Assembly: GCF_006345805.1 (NCBI RefSeq)
Contig: NC_043023.1
Span: 17,484,001 to 17,548,000 of the forward strand
Direction of reading: 5' to 3'
From: Octopus sinensis
Lineage: Eukaryota
Length of the DNA stretch: 64,000 nt
This document shows positions 38,130 through 51,870 of this stretch, in pieces (positions within the stretch are counted from its first letter, which is position 1; each line of letters opens with the position of its first letter). The translations under genes were made by a program, and so were the position numbers. A model generated the notes under the pieces. It ran no database searches and was not told the DNA's origin. It saw nothing but the letters and a program-made list of their open reading frames with translations.

Positions 38130-38669
38130 GGATCTCTTCGGTTTGAACGGCAGTTTTTTTTACATAATTTCTAGGTAAGTAAAAAATTTGAAACTTCGTA
38201 TACTGGTAGAATGTGTTTATAAAACATCTTTTTCTCTTGGCTTTATTAAGAAAATTCTATAGTTTGTAAGATATTTGTTGGTTTTTTTTTTAATTTCTGC
38301 AATTTCAACTAATCACTGACGTCTATTGAGGTAAAAAAAAACATTCTAGCTGAAACTAGAAAAGAGAAAAAAAAATTACGTGCCGTATGAATATGTCCCT
38401 CGTTTAATTTCTCTATTATATATTCGTTTAAGAAACAGATTGGGTTTATTTACATTTCTGAAAAAAAAAAAAATACCCTTCCCCCCACGGGTGACAATTT
38501 CATATGACACCAGTAGAAAAAACTGCCGTTCAAACCGAAAAGATCCAAACGGTGTACCTGAAATATTTAAGATATCACTACAAGGTATTACACAGGTAGT
38601 TAAGTATAGACGTGGCAAATGAACCCTGACACCGCTAGAAAAAAACTGCCGTTCAAACCGAAAAGATCC
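38130..38669. mobile_element. GGATC-TIR MITE (same family as 12316)
   Basis: Left TIR at 38130; right TIR present twice (38518-38547 and 38640-38669). Confidence 0.7.
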
Positions 38670-39142
38670 GAGATTTGATATTTTTTTCGTACTTCTGTTG
38701 TGACGAACGATTTAAGCTTTTAACTTATTCGTTCCAATTTATTTGGCACTACGTACTTTAACTATGAGAAGCCTTTTCGCTTAGAAAATAATGTAAATAT
38801 TTTCAAACGAAAAGGTGAGTTAAGGGCAATTTGGCTGCTGTTTCTAGCACGTCACTGTCATGTGTATTGATGTTTTTCCGTATAATTGCTGGCATAATAA
38901 GCAACAACTAAAAGATTTGCAATTTAAATGCTCAGTCATGGCCTTCGAAGTTATGCGTCTTATGAAAAGTTAATTTTTTTGAACCCACCTCCCTCGGTCA
39001 ATATAAACATCCTCAGTCTGCTGGGTGTTGACAACTGTGGGGAAACTGAATATGAGAAGAAAAAAACACGCAAACGAACCGGGGGAGATTTGGCTGTTAT
39101 TTCTAGCACTTCGCATGACCACTTTAACTCCCGGTCAGCAAA

Positions 39143-41439
39143 GAAAGAAATCCCAGTCTAATAAGTTTTAAAAAAGTGTAGAAAACGAATATGAAAAATT
39201 TGTGCAAACGAACGGTGGTGGGTGGGGAGAAGATCTTCGGAAAATTCTCACCATCCGATATTTTCCCTCTTAATAGAAAGTTTATACTACTGTTTTTCAA
39301 ATGGCATAGCTTACGATTATAAAGAAATTTGTAAGAGAAAAGTTTGGGGATTTCCATTTGTTTTTAATCACAGCCCGTTTTTTTTGTGAAAAAACGGTTT
39401 GGGAAAATTTTTATCCTTTCCCCCACCTTGATGATACTAATGCACCACACGGATGACCCATTGTATTGTCCCCATCTGTGTTAATCCTTATGGATAATAA
39501 AGAAATTTCCATTGGTAATATAAGCATCAACAACAAAAAAAGGCCGTGTGTGTGTGTCTAAGAAAACATTTTCTAACAGAAAGTTCGCTATTTAAAATGA
39601 TCTTTTTACCTACCTATTTAGTTTTTGGATTTGGTTTGCAAGATTCTTTATATGAGTTCGTATGTTGAAGCATATTCTGTTGTGTCTGGGGAGAGTCATT
39701 TTCTTTTTGTGCCTTATATCTATCTATCTATGTATCTATCTATCTATGTATCTATATCTATCTACCTACCTACCTACCTACCTATCTATCTATCTATCTA
39801 TATATATATCTATATATCTATCATAAAATTTCGAAGGTAATACATTCATGAACCGATCGTAAGATATTTTAAACTTTTTAAATAATCATGCTTTATACAT
39901 TTCGTTTTGGGATTTGGTTTGCAAGATTCTTTACATGAGTTCGTGTGTTGAAGCATATTCTGTTGTGTCTGGAGAGAGTCATTTTCTTTTTGCGCTTTAT
40001 AATTTAACACACCGGTAACATTTCCACTTATTCCTTATTTTATTTTCCTAAAATTTTCGTTGCGTCTTGCAAACCTTTTCAATAGTTTTTGACTCTGTCC
40101 GTTATTTAAACTGCGTTCCCTTTTGTTTGTTTGTGCACCTGTGTGTGGGTCAGTGTGTGTGTGTGGGTCAGTGTGTGTGTGTGTGTGCCTATACATGCAT
40201 GTGTATGTGTGTGCATCTGTATGTACGTATTCTGCATATTCATGTGCTTACCTATTTTTATTAAAAATCAGTGGATAAATGCAAGAAATGACATCAGGCT
40301 CTCCAATATCTTATAATAAACAGACACAATCAGGGGCGGAGAGAGTAGGGCTGGAAGAAAATCATAAATCTTCAGATTTGGCTGTTATTTCTAGCACTTT
40401 CCATGACCACTCCTGTTTCATTGACACGGGGTCGGCTATCCTGTTCTTTTATCTTCATTTGTTTATTTGTCCTTATTTAATTTTCATTGTAAATATCATT
40501 ATTGTAAAAAGTCCCATGTTAACCCCAAACATTGTATTGTCCCCATCTGTGTTAATCCGTATGGATAATAAAGAAATTACATACATGTATTTCAAAATTT
40601 GGTTGAAAGAAATCCCAGTCTAATAAGTTTTAGAAAAGTGTAGAAAACGAATATGAAAAATTTGTGCAAACGAACGGTGGTGGGTGGGGAGAAGATCTTC
40701 GGAAAATTCTCACCATCCGATATTTTCCTCTTAATAGAAAGTTTATACTACTGTTTTTCAAATGGCATAGCTTACGATTATAAAGAAATTTGTAAGAGAA
40801 AAGTTTGGGGATTCCATTTGTTTTTAATCACAGCCCGTTTTTTTTGTGAAAAAACGGTTTGGGAAAATTTTTATCCTTTCCCCCACCTTGATGATACTAA
40901 TGCACCACACGGATGACCCATTGTATTGTCCCCATCTGTGTTAATCCTTATGGATAATAAAGAAATTTCCATTGGTAATATAAGCATCAACAACAAAAAA
41001 AGGCCGTGTGTGTGTGTCTAAGAAAACATTTTCTAACAGAAAGTTCGCTATTTAAAATGATCTTTTTACCTACCTATTTAGTTTTTGGATTTGGTTTGCA
41101 AGATTCTTTATATGAGTTCGTATGTTGAAGCATATTCTGTTGTGTCTGGGGAGAGTCATTTTCTTTTTGTGCCTTATATCTATCTACCTACCTACCTACC
41201 TACCTACCTATCTATCTATCTATATATATATATCTATATATCTATATATCTATCTATCTATATATCTATATATATATCTATATATCTATATATCTATCTA
41301 TCTATATATCTATCTATCTATATATCTATCTATCTATATATCTATATATATATATATCTATATATATATATATCTATATATATATATATATCTATATATA
41401 TATATATATATATAGATATATATATATATATATATATAG

Positions 41440-41486
<47 letters not shown>

Positions 41487-42560
41487 CATAAAATTTCGAA
41501 GGTAATACATTCATGAACCGATCGTAAGATATTTTAAACTTTTTAAATAATCATGCTTTATACATTTCGTTTTGGGATTTGGTTTGCAAGATTCTTTATG
41601 TGAGTTCGTGTGTTGAAGCATATTCTGTTGTGTCTGGGGAGAGTCATTTTCTTTTTGCGCTTTATAATTTAACACACCGGTAAAATTTCCACTTATTCCT
41701 TATTTTATTTTCCTAAAATTTTCGTTGCGTCTTGCAAACCTTTTCAATAGTTTTTGACTCTGTCCCTTATTTAAACTGCGTTCCCTTTTGTTTGTTTGTG
41801 CACGTGTGTGTGGGTCAGTGTGTGTGTGTGTGCCTATACATGCATGTGTATGTGTGTGCATCTGTATGTACGTATTCTGCATATTCATGTGCTTACCTAT
41901 TTTTATTAAAAATCAGTGGATAAATGCAAGAAATGACATCAGGCTCTCCAATATCTTATAATAAACAGACACAATCAGGGGCGGAGAGAGTAGGGCTGGA
42001 AGAAAATCATAAATCTTCAGATTTGGCTGTTATTTCTAGCACTTTCCATGACCACTCCTGCTTCATTGACACGGGGTCGGCTATCCTGTTCTTTTATCTT
42101 CATTTGTTTATTTGTCCTTATTTAATTTTCATTGTAAATAACCCTTTCGATTTTATTGTAAAAAGTCCCATGTTAACCCCAAACATTGTATTGTCCCCAT
42201 CTGTGTTAATCCGTATGGATAATAAAGAAATTACATACATGTATTTCAAAATTTGGTTGAAAGAAATCCCAGTCTAATAAGTTTTAGAAAAGTGTAGAAA
42301 ACGAATATGAAAAATTTGTGCAAACGAACAGGGGTGGGTGGGGAGAGGATCTTCGGAAAATTCACACGATCCGATTTTCCCCTTTCAGGAAAATAGGTTA
42401 GATATCCTTTTCAAACGGCATAGATTACGATTATAATGAAATTTGTAAGAGAAAAGTTTTTACAACTCGAGTGGAGAAACGTGAACCACGTAAGTCGGAA
42501 TTTCTGTTTTAACGGGGGATTTTCCAATTGTTTTTCATCACAGCCGTGGAAATCTATTTC
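39143..42560. repeat. Local tandem duplication of histone-cluster spacer (two ~1.5-kb units plus a diverged third start)
   Basis: GAAAGAAATCCCAGTCTAATAAGTTT at ~39143, ~40606 and ~42259; the units differ mainly in microsatellite length. Confidence 0.9.
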
Positions 42561-43789
42561 TTATCTTACAGCATAAATGTGTTTATGGGGAGAAAAAAAA
42601 CTGAAAAGTATACGTGCGAGGATTGTTCTGGGATGTGCTAGTCGTTGTAGGATCGACTACTTAGGACTAAACGATGATAGCCAAATCTCCCTTAAATCAC
42701 ACTTTTTCCTCTGAAAATATTTACATTTTTTTCTTTTACCGAAAAGTATTTTTAAAAAAAAAAAAAGGCCAAAGATCGGTCCGGAGGGCGGGAATTTAAA
42801 AATATAACTTGTGCGGTCTTCCTGATCCGAAACTGTTCTCCCTACCCACTGGAAAAAGATTTCCTCAAAATCCTTTAAAATTGTAATCTATGCTGTTTTA
42901 AGGGTATTTGTATAAACTTTCGTGAAAAGACACCAATCTTTCCTGGAAGTTAGGGAAAAATCGGATCGTGTGAATTTCTCGAAAGCCATCTTCCTCGTTC
43001 CTTTGCCCAAATTCTTCCCATAATCGATTTAGAACTTTCAACAGACTTTTATTTACATTGATCAATATTTTTAGGTAAATTTCGATACATCTACACTGTT
43101 AAAATTTTGAAAATTCAATCTTTTCACCCCCATCCATTATTCATAATGTTAAAATATCGGAGAGGTCAATGCTGCGAGTCATCCTAGTGACTCATAAGGG
43201 ATATGGGGTACTACTAGCGAACAGTGGTCACGGTGCGCGCACTCGCGCCTGCTAGTCGTAAGTAGTCGATCCTACGACGACTTTTTAACCCTAACTTATA
43301 ATTTATTTACTTAGTTGAAAAAATTATCAATTTTGCGTTTTATTTACCTTGTTCGAAAAACACTTAATGTGTAAAAAATTATATACATTGTTTCAAAAAA
43401 TAATTTATTTTACTTGCGTTTTATTTACTCTGTTCGAAAAATATTATTCAATTTTCTTTGATATGTATTCAGCCTTGAGATACAAACATAAAAGCGCAAG
43501 TCGTACCAGGATATGTAAAATGATTCCAGTAATAAGTATTTTCTTAGATGTTTCAATCATCTTAAATCCCAGTAATGGACCACGCGTGAATTCGGCTGTA
43601 AAACGTCAATATATGTGAGTGACATGAAACATACATCACCCCAAACCTTTATCCGAAAAGCCTCGTCCCCTCGCCTCAAAATAGGCATAAAAAGTGGTCC
43701 AGTGGAGAGAAAAAATATTGAAGATTTTCATCGAGATCGTCCTCCCATCATATCTAACACCGTAGTGAACAAAATATTGGTAAAATCTA

Positions 43790-44114
43790 TTAGATGGAGA
43801 GTCCAACTGATGCTAGCTGTTCTTCACTCCTGCTCCAGAGCGTCCGCTTGCGGGGTCATTCCGAAAAGCTCTACCTGCGACGATTTCATCTCAATCGAAG
43901 GAGAGGAGCTTTCTCCGTCCGGCTTGCGGATCCGTGGAACAAGCTGCCAGACGAGATGGTGAAGATGCCGACGACCGCTTTGTTCAAAGCCTCCCTTGAC
44001 CTCAAGTGGCCTGAACTCTTTACATGAACACCACCCTGTACTTAACTCCATGTCCCCCCACATGGCCTTGCTATCTGCTTTTGAGCCAAATTAATTAACT
44101 AACTAACTAACTAA
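43790..44114 (+). mobile_element. CR1-type LINE 3' end with (ACTA)n tail
   Basis: RLRGHSEKL...RRGAFSVRLADPWNKLP...FKASLD*; longer reverse copy at 58046-58497. Confidence 0.8.
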
Positions 44115-44296
44115 ACAGAAATTCACGGGTGGCCGCTGTGCGAAAAGCAGGTCTTCCCCGCGCTGTGACAAAAGATTTAGGAAAATCCAGACGGAACAAA
44201 AAAGAAAACTGTAAGTGCGCCTACATAAATTACCCATGTATACTTAAATAGAATCGCAAATAAAACCGGCAAGGAGACTATGTGCAGAGAATTAGG

Positions 44297-44312
44297 GGCC
44301 CTGAAAAGGGCC
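44297..44312 (-). terminator. Histone 3' stem-loop of H2A
   Basis: GGCCCTTTTCAGGGCC on the minus strand. Confidence 0.95.
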
Positions 44313-44346
44313 GTTGGACGAAGGCAAACGCCATGAGCGAAAGCGC

Positions 44347-44724
44347 TTACTTGGAAGCCTTCTGGGTCTTCTTGGGGAGAAGAACAGCCTGGATGTTGGG
44401 AAGGACACCACCCTGGGCGATGGTCACTCCGGACAAGAGTTTGTTCAACTCCTCGTCGTTACGGATGGCCAACTGCAAATGACGGGGAATGATTCTGGAT
44501 TTCTTGTTGTCTCTGGCAGCATTTCCTGCCAATTCCAACACTTCGGCAGCCAAATATTCCATCACAGCAGCCAAGTAGACTGGGGCTCCGGCACCAACAC
44601 GTTGGGCATAGTTTCCCTTACGGAGAAGACGGTGGATACGACCGACAGGGAACTGAAGTCCAGCACGGGATGAACGGGTCTTGCTCTTTCCCTTCACTTT
44701 TCCTCCTTTACCACGTCCAGACAT
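44347..44724 (-). CDS. H2A: Histone H2A, canonical
   Basis: 125-aa intronless [27 protein letters not shown]-type...; no C-terminal SQ motif. Confidence 0.99.
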   Translation of the reverse strand: MSGRGKGGKVKGKSKTRSSRAGLQFPVGRIHRLLRKGNYAQRVGAGAPVYLAAVMEYLAAEVLELAGNAARDNKKSRIIPRHLQLAIRNDEELNKLLSGVTIAQGGVLPNIQAVLLPKKTQKASK

Positions 44725-44975
44725 TTTCAGAGTTCGATAATAGTTCGCAAAAAACAGGGCAGAGAGAGCTTTTTGCCCTTAAATACTGCCCCCTCGGCTC
44801 CAGCAGTCGAGAAGCAGGTGAAAATTAGCGGGCTTTTGTCACGTGACACAGTTGTCAAATTCTAACCAATGAAAATGAACGGCGCGAATTTACAAAAATG
44901 TCCATCTGCTGAGCCTACCTGACAGCTATAAATAGAGGAGATTCAGGGATAGCAACATCGTTCGCCAGTGACATC
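44725..44975. promoter_or_regulatory. Divergent H2A/H2B promoter
   Basis: 251-bp spacer with TATTTAA (minus strand, ~44780), CCAAT (~44867) and TATAAATA (~44928). Confidence 0.8.
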
Positions 44976-45353
44976 ATGCCACCAGCACCAGCCACCGCTT
45001 CGAAAGGAGCCAAGAAGGCTTCCAAGGCCAAAGCTTCCCGTCCCGCAGGAGACAAGAAGCGCAAGAAGAAGAGGAAGGAAAGTTATTCCATCTACATCTA
45101 CAAAGTAATGAAACAAGTCCACCCCGACACTGGCATCTCCAGCAAAGCTATGTCCATCATGAACAGTTTCGTCAACGATTTGTTCGAAAGAATCGCTTCT
45201 GAATCCAGCCGTTTGGCTCACTACAACAAACGTTCGACCATCAGTAGCCGTGAGGTGCAGACTGCTGTCCGTCTGCTTCTCCCTGGTGAGTTGGCTAAAC
45301 ACGCCGTCTCTGAAGGGACCAAGGCTGTTACCAAATACACCAGCAGCAAGTAA
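44976..45353 (+). CDS. H2B: Histone H2B
   Basis: 125-aa intronless ORF ...[28 protein letters not shown]...AVTKYTSSK. Confidence 0.99.
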   Translation: MPPAPATASKGAKKASKAKASRPAGDKKRKKKRKESYSIYIYKVMKQVHPDTGISSKAMSIMNSFVNDLFERIASESSRLAHYNKRSTISSREVQTAVRLLLPGELAKHAVSEGTKAVTKYTSSK

Positions 45354-45375
45354 ATCTTGCTTTTCTCCAAAAAAC

Positions 45376-45391
45376 GGTCCTTTTAAGGGCC
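45376..45391 (+). terminator. Histone 3' stem-loop of H2B
   Basis: GGTCCTTTTAAGGGCC followed by ACCTA. Confidence 0.93.
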
Positions 45392-45469
45392 ACCTATATT
45401 TTCATGATTTCCAACTTTCGATTTTCTATTGATCTGCGATTTTAGTGCGTTTTTCACCAGATGAAGACT

Positions 45470-46835
45470 CTACTTAAGTCACCATTCTGTTCTATTCGTG
45501 TCAACCTTTCTAGTCAACACCGTGCATTTATTAATTTTTCCCTCGACTAGCGAGCGAACAGTGCGCGCTTTCGACCCCAAAAGGATGAAAGGCAAAGTCG
45601 ACTAGTCATAAGTAGTAGATGCTACAACTATGTATAAATTCATTTTTTATAAAATAACTAGGGTTAGGGTTAAATTATTTACTTTCTTCGGAAAATATTT
45701 TGTGTAAAAAAAATTATATACATCGTTTTAACAAATTTATTTACTTAGTTTAAAAAAAATTATTTACTTCGAGAAATATTTAATTTTCTTTATGTATTCA
45801 GCCTTGAAATACAAACAGGCGCAAGTAGGATAGACTACTTGCGACGCTAGTAGTACCCGAGTCTACTAAGTCCCCATTCTGTTCTATTCGTGTGTCCCAC
45901 GAAGTCGATGCTAGTTTCTTTTATCCTTTCTAGTCAACCCCGTGCATTTATTAGTTTTTTCCTCGGTGTATAATAATCCGCTGTTTTTAATCTTCCATGT
46001 TTTTGATAACGTTATTAATCTTAATAGTATTTCTTTATTATCCATAAGGATTAACAACTGAGTAAATAGATTATTTTTTAAAAACAAACTAAAACTAGGG
46101 TAAGGGTTCAAATTTTATTTTAAAATTATTTACTTTGTTCGAAAAACATTTAATTTCTCTTAGATGTATCAATCATCTTAAATCCCTGTGTAAAAAAATG
46201 TTATATACATTGTTTTAAAAAATAATTTATTTACTTTGTTCGAAAAATATTTAATTTTCTTTGTATTCAGCCTTGAAATACAAACAAGTCGTTGTAGGAT
46301 CGACTACTTAGGACTAACTAGCGCACTGGGACCACTGTTTGCTAGTAGTACCCGAGTCTACTAAGTCCCCGTGTCGCGAAGTCTGCTACTTTTTTATCCT
46401 TTCTAGTCAACACCGTGCATTTATTAATTTTTCCCTCGACCAGCCAGCGAACTTAACCATATTTTCCGGGGTACTACTAGCGAACAGTGGTCCCGGTGCG
46501 CGCATCCGCACTAGCTAGTCATAAGTAGTCGATCCTACAACTAAGTAAATAAATTATCTGCTTTGTTCGATAAATTTTCAATTTTCTTTATGTGTTCAGC
46601 CTTGAAATACAAACATAAGTCGTAGGATCGACTACTTATGTCTAGCTAGCGCGCACCTGTTCGCTAGTAGTACCCGAGTCTACTAAGTCCCCATTCTGTT
46701 CTATTCCTGTGTCCCACGAAGTCTACTTTTTTTTATCCTTCCTAGTCAACCCCGTGCATTTATTAGTTTCTCCCTCGGTGTATAATAATCCGCTGTTTTT
46801 AATCTTCCATGTTTTTGATAACGTTATTAATCTTA
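45470..46835. repeat. Mosaic tandem of GGTACTA-MITE pieces plus flank (about 4 related units)
   Basis: CTACT(T)AAGTC(C)CCATTCTGTTCTATTC...TCAAC(A/C)CCGTGCATTTATT blocks near 45470, 45860, 46350 and 46680. Confidence 0.7.
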
Positions 46836-47366
46836 AGAGAGAGACGGAGTGGGAGGAGGGGAAAGCTAATGGTTGTGTGCGTGCTTGTTCTTGTCCACGC
46901 ACATACAAGAACAAGCACGCACACACACTTTATTGCTTCTATTTAACTTCTGACCTTCAAGCCGGCTAGCCATCCACATGATAGAAATAACAGCCAAATC
47001 TCACAAAACTGCGATATCACGAAATTTATATGTTCGTCAAATCGCAACGATCTCTTTAAGGTATCCCCCAATCCGTTTATTCATATCTATATATATAAAT
47101 TATAATTAAACGTATCTGAGAGATACTACCATGCTAGAGATAGCAGTCAAAACTTACACATCTGTATGCTTACTGAATTTACGTGAAACAAATTCTTTTC
47201 ACTTTATTGTTTATTTAATTTCGATTTGCATATCTTCGTCAATTCGTTACGATCTCTTTAAGGTAAACAAATTGGAGGGAGAACGGGTGAAATTCGAAAA
47301 TGTAGATTGGTTTCGCATATTCGTAATCTCTGACATCTAAAACGTAGGAATAAGAAAATTAATTTT

Positions 47367-47635
47367 GGTACTACTAGCGAACAGTGGTACCGGTGCGCGC
47401 ACTCGCGCAAGCTAGTCGATCCTACGACTTTTTAACCCTAACCTTAGTTTGTTTATAAAAATAATTTATTTACTTAGTTTACAAAATTATTTACTTTGTT
47501 CAGAAAATATTTAATTTTCTTTGATATATATTCAGCCTTGAAATACGAACATACGCACAAGTCGTTGTAGGATCGACTACTTACGACTGGCTAGCGCGGG
47601 TGCGCGCACGGGGACCACTGTTCGCTAGTAGTACC
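47367..47635. mobile_element. GGTACTA-TIR MITE, intact
   Basis: Inverted ends GGTACTACTAGCGAACAGTGG / CCACTGTTCGCTAGTAGTACC. Confidence 0.8.
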
Positions 47636-47836
47636 AATGATTTTTTTAAAAATGCATTTATGAAGGTACGATATTAAAAAAAATGTCCAGTGTACACAAA
47701 GTAATTTTGGAAATATATTTCGAGGCCCTGGAAAGGGCTAAGTGGTTTCGTTACTTTCACTTAGGCCCTCACCACGAATGACTAAGGACTATTTATGTTC
47801 CAAAATGAGAGAGCAGTCCTCCAAAAAATTGAATTT

Positions 47837-49345
47837 TTAACCCTTTCATTACCAACCCGGCTCTGGCTCTGAGTACAAATGTCATGTTTCCAAAAGTTTT
47901 GAATTAAAATCTTCCACCAAACCTTAGTCACAATTTATGTTCCTAACACTAGCTTAATGATAACTAAATTATTTAACTAAATCCTTTTTTATATTTAACC
48001 CTTTTGATACCACCTCTGGCTCTGAGTACAAATGTCTTTGATTTCATAAGTTTTTGAATTAAAATCTTCCGCTAAGCCTTAGTCACAATTTATGTTCCTA
48101 ACACTAGCTGAATGATAACTAAATTCTTTGTTATATTTAAAGTAATTGAAAGAAACAGAGCATCTCAATAGTAATATGGTAATGAAAGGGTTAAAATATA
48201 TAATAGAGAAACAATTCTTAACCCTTTTGATACTAACCTGGCTGAAACCAACTCTGGTTCTGTAGTACAAATGTCTTGTTTTCATAAGTTTTGAATTAAA
48301 ATCTTCCATCAAACCTTAGTCACAATTTATGTTCCTAACACTAGCTTAATGATAACTAAGTTATTTTACTAAATTCTTTGTTATATTTAACCCTTTTGAT
48401 ACCACCTCTGGCTCTGAGTACAAATGTCTTTGATTTCATAAGTTTTTGAATTAAAATCTTCCGCTAAGCCTTAGTCACAATTTATGTTCCTAACACTAGC
48501 TGAATGATAACCAAGTTATTTTACTAAATTCTTTGTTATATTTAAAGTAATTGAAAGAAACAGAGCATCTCAATAGTAATATGGTAATGAAAGGGTTAAA
48601 ATATATAATAGAGAAACAATTCTTAACCCTTTTGATACTAACCTGGCTGAAACCAACTCTGGTTCTGTAGTACAAATGTCTTGTTTTCATAAGTTTTGAA
48701 TTAAAATCTTCCATCAAACCTTAGTCACAATTTATGTTCCTAACACTAGCTTAATGATAACTAAGTTATTTTACTAAATTCTTTGTTATATTTAACCCTT
48801 TTGATACCAACCTGGCTGAAACCACCTCTGGCTCTTTAGTACAAATGTCTTGTTTACATAAGTTTTGAATTAAAATCTTCCACCAAACCTTAGTCACAAT
48901 TTATGTTCCTAACACTAGCTTAATGATAACTCAGTTATTTTACTAAATTCTTTGTTATATTTAACCCTTTTGATACCAACCTGGCTGAAACCACCTCTGG
49001 CTCTTTAGTACAAATGTTTTGTTTTCATAAGTTTTGAATTAAAATCTTCCACCAAACCTTAGTCACAATTTATGTTCCTAACACTAGCTGAATGATAACT
49101 AAGTTATTTTACTAAATTCTTTGTTATATTTAACCCTTTTGATACCAACCTGGCTGAAACCACCTCTGGCTCTTTAGTACAAATGTCTTGTTTACATAAG
49201 TTTTGAATTAAAATCTTCCACCAAACCTTAGTCACAATTTATATTCCTAACACTAGCTTAATGATAACTAAATCCTTTTTTATATTTAAAGTAATTGAAA
49301 GAAACACAGAGCATCTAAAAACAAAATACAGTAAAGAAAGGGTAA
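47837..49345. repeat. Tandemly amplified piggyBac-like MITE (~165-bp units, 405-bp higher-order repeat)
   Basis: TTAA-CCCTTT(C/T)...AAAGGG-TTAA ends; identical spurious ORFs offset by 405 bp. Confidence 0.75.
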
Positions 49346-49656
49346 TAAGTGTTCTACAAATGAAAACCTTTCAGATCGGATGCAGCAGCGCACACATCAC
49401 AATTTAGTTTATTTCGTAGATGTCATGTGCCAGTATGAAATGTGGGTGCGCCATTCAACGTTTGTCTCCTTTAAACTTTAAACTAAAAAGAAATGGAATC
49501 TCTGACAATTCGTTCCGATTCATTCGCAACTAAAGCTTCGAAATTCACTAAATATCACAAAACTGTGATCGTTGTGGTTTATTTGTGCTGCAAAACTGAT
49601 GGACACATTTTCAAATCTTTCTATGTAGATGTAAGTTTGTGAAATTGCAGAGACCC

Positions 49657-50240
49657 ATCTATATATATAAAGCTGGAGTTGTCTATGTATGGCAGGTTTG
49701 GTAGCCTTCCACTAACACTATCTCCTCCGAGACCCTGCGATGCAAGTTGATAAAAATTGAGAGTATGATAGAAGGCTTGTTCTTCATTCTGTAGAAGATA
49801 GAAATAAAATCGGACCATGTTAAGACCAAAAGTTATTTACATCAAAAAGGTGCTTTTTTTTCTATGAAAATGCCTATTTTTTTACGATTTCTTGACTGCT
49901 GTGTCGGCATTTTTCGGTGTATTTCAACCAGAAAAATGTTCACTTAAAGAGAATAACAAGCTACATAATGCTAAATTTTTACTTTTCAAAAATTCCAATT
50001 GTAAAGGGTCGAAATAAACCCGAGCAATGCCGGGCGATACTACTAGTCTATATATATATATAAAGGTGAAGTTGTCTGTGTATGGCAGGTTTGGTAGCCT
50101 TCAACTAACACTATCTTCTCAGAGACCCTTGCGGCGCAAGTTGATCAAAATTGAGAGTATGATAGAAGAAGGCTTGCTCTTCCTTCCGTAGAAAGAAAAA
50201 TTCAAATCAGATCATGTTAACACCAAAAATTATTTACATC
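49657..50240 (-). mobile_element. Helitron-like non-autonomous element plus partial tandem copy
   Basis: Ends AAACCCGAGCAATGCCGGGCGATACTACTAGT, as in the 11166 family. Confidence 0.6.
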
Positions 50241-50257
50241 AAAAAGGTGCTTATTTA

Positions 50258-50578
50258 TCATCGTTTAACGTCCGTTTTCCGTGCTAGCACGGGTTGGACA
50301 GTCCGACCGGGGTCTGCGAAGCCAGGAGGCTGCACCAGGCTCCAGTCTGATCTGGCAGTGTTTCTACAGCTGGATGCCTTTCCTAAAGCCAACCACTCCA
50401 TGAGTGTAGTGGGTGCTTTTTACGTGCCAGGGGAGGCTGGCAGCGGCCACGGTCGGTTGGTACATTTTATGTGCCACCGGCACAGGTGCCAAGGGAGGCT
50501 GGCAACGGCCACAATCGGTTGGTACTTTTTACGTGCCACCAGCACAGAAGCAAGGCGGCGCTGGCATCGGCCACGTTC
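50258..50578 (-). mobile_element. SINE family D (RTE-type tail)
   Basis: Reverse complement of the 4248-4559 family. Confidence 0.7.
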
Positions 50579-50797
50579 CTATATAATATTTGATTGACCA
50601 GAATGACTGGTACTAAATGAGCATTCAAGACTGGAGGTGAAGACTGTACACACTTCTGCATGTATGTATGTGTTTATGCATATAAGCACCCTGATCTGTT
50701 TAAAGGACATTAACACAAAATAAGTGCTAATTCAGGCTGAGGCAAATCAACAAACATGCAACATGATACATACGTTGTGTTTGCATGTGTATTCATA

Positions 50798-51211
50798 TAC
50801 TCTTTTACTTGTTTCAGTCATTTGATTGCGGCCATGCTGGAGCACCGCTTTTTTTTTTTTTTTTAGTCGAGCAAATCGACCCCAGGACTTATTCTTTGTA
50901 AGCCTAGTACTTATTCTATCGGTTTCTTTTACCGAACCGTTAAGTTACAGGGACGTAAACACACCAGTATCGGTTGTCAAACGATGTTGGGGAGACACAG
51001 ATACACACACACACATACTTACATACATATATACGACGGGCTTCTTTCAGTTCCGTCTACCAAATCCACTCACAAGGCTTTGGTCGGCCTGAGGCTATAG
51101 TAGAACACACTTGCCAAGATGCCACGCAGTGGGACTGAACCCATAACCATGTGGTTGGTAAACAAGCTACTTACCACACAGCCACTCCTGTGCCTATATA
51201 CATACATACAT

Positions 51212-51264
<53 letters not shown>

Positions 51265-51426
51265 CACGACGGGCTTTCAGTTTCCGTCTACCAAATCCAC
51301 TCACAAGGCTTTGGTCAGTCAAGGCTATAGTAGAAGACACTTGCCCAAGGTGCCACGCAGTGGGACTGAACCCAGAACCATGTGGTTGGTAAGCAAGCTA
51401 CTTACCACACAGCCACTCCTGTGCCT
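50798..51426 (-). mobile_element. SINE family A with duplicated 5' half
   Basis: Two heads ending at ~51195 and 51426. Confidence 0.8.
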
Positions 51427-51654
51427 ATATTAATCTTTCTATTTCCTTTCCCTCTCTTCTCACCCCGGCATCTTCCTTACTCTTTCCCACTCCTCCGCTT
51501 TCTTCCTCTTAACATATTTGACAGTGGCATGATAAAAAGCGGGCAGAAAAGTATAAATTAGGAATGGCATCCAGTTGTAGAATCCTTACCAAAGCTGAGA
51601 ACGGACCTCAATGTGGCTTGCCAGATCCTTGTCAAACTGTCCAACTCATACCTT

Positions 51655-51870
51655 TTTCTTTACTACCCACAAGGGGCTAAACACAGAGAGGACAAACGGA
51701 TTAAGTCGATTATATTGACCCCAGTGCATAACTGGTACTTATTTAATCGACCCTGAAAGGATGAAAGGCAAAGTCGACCTCGGCGGAATTTGAACTCAGA
51801 ACGTAACGACAGATGAAATGCAGCTAAGCATTTCGCCCAGCGTGCTAACCACTCTGCCGGCTCACCGCCT
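51655..51870 (-). mobile_element. SINE family B
   Basis: Family head, core and tail. Confidence 0.8.
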
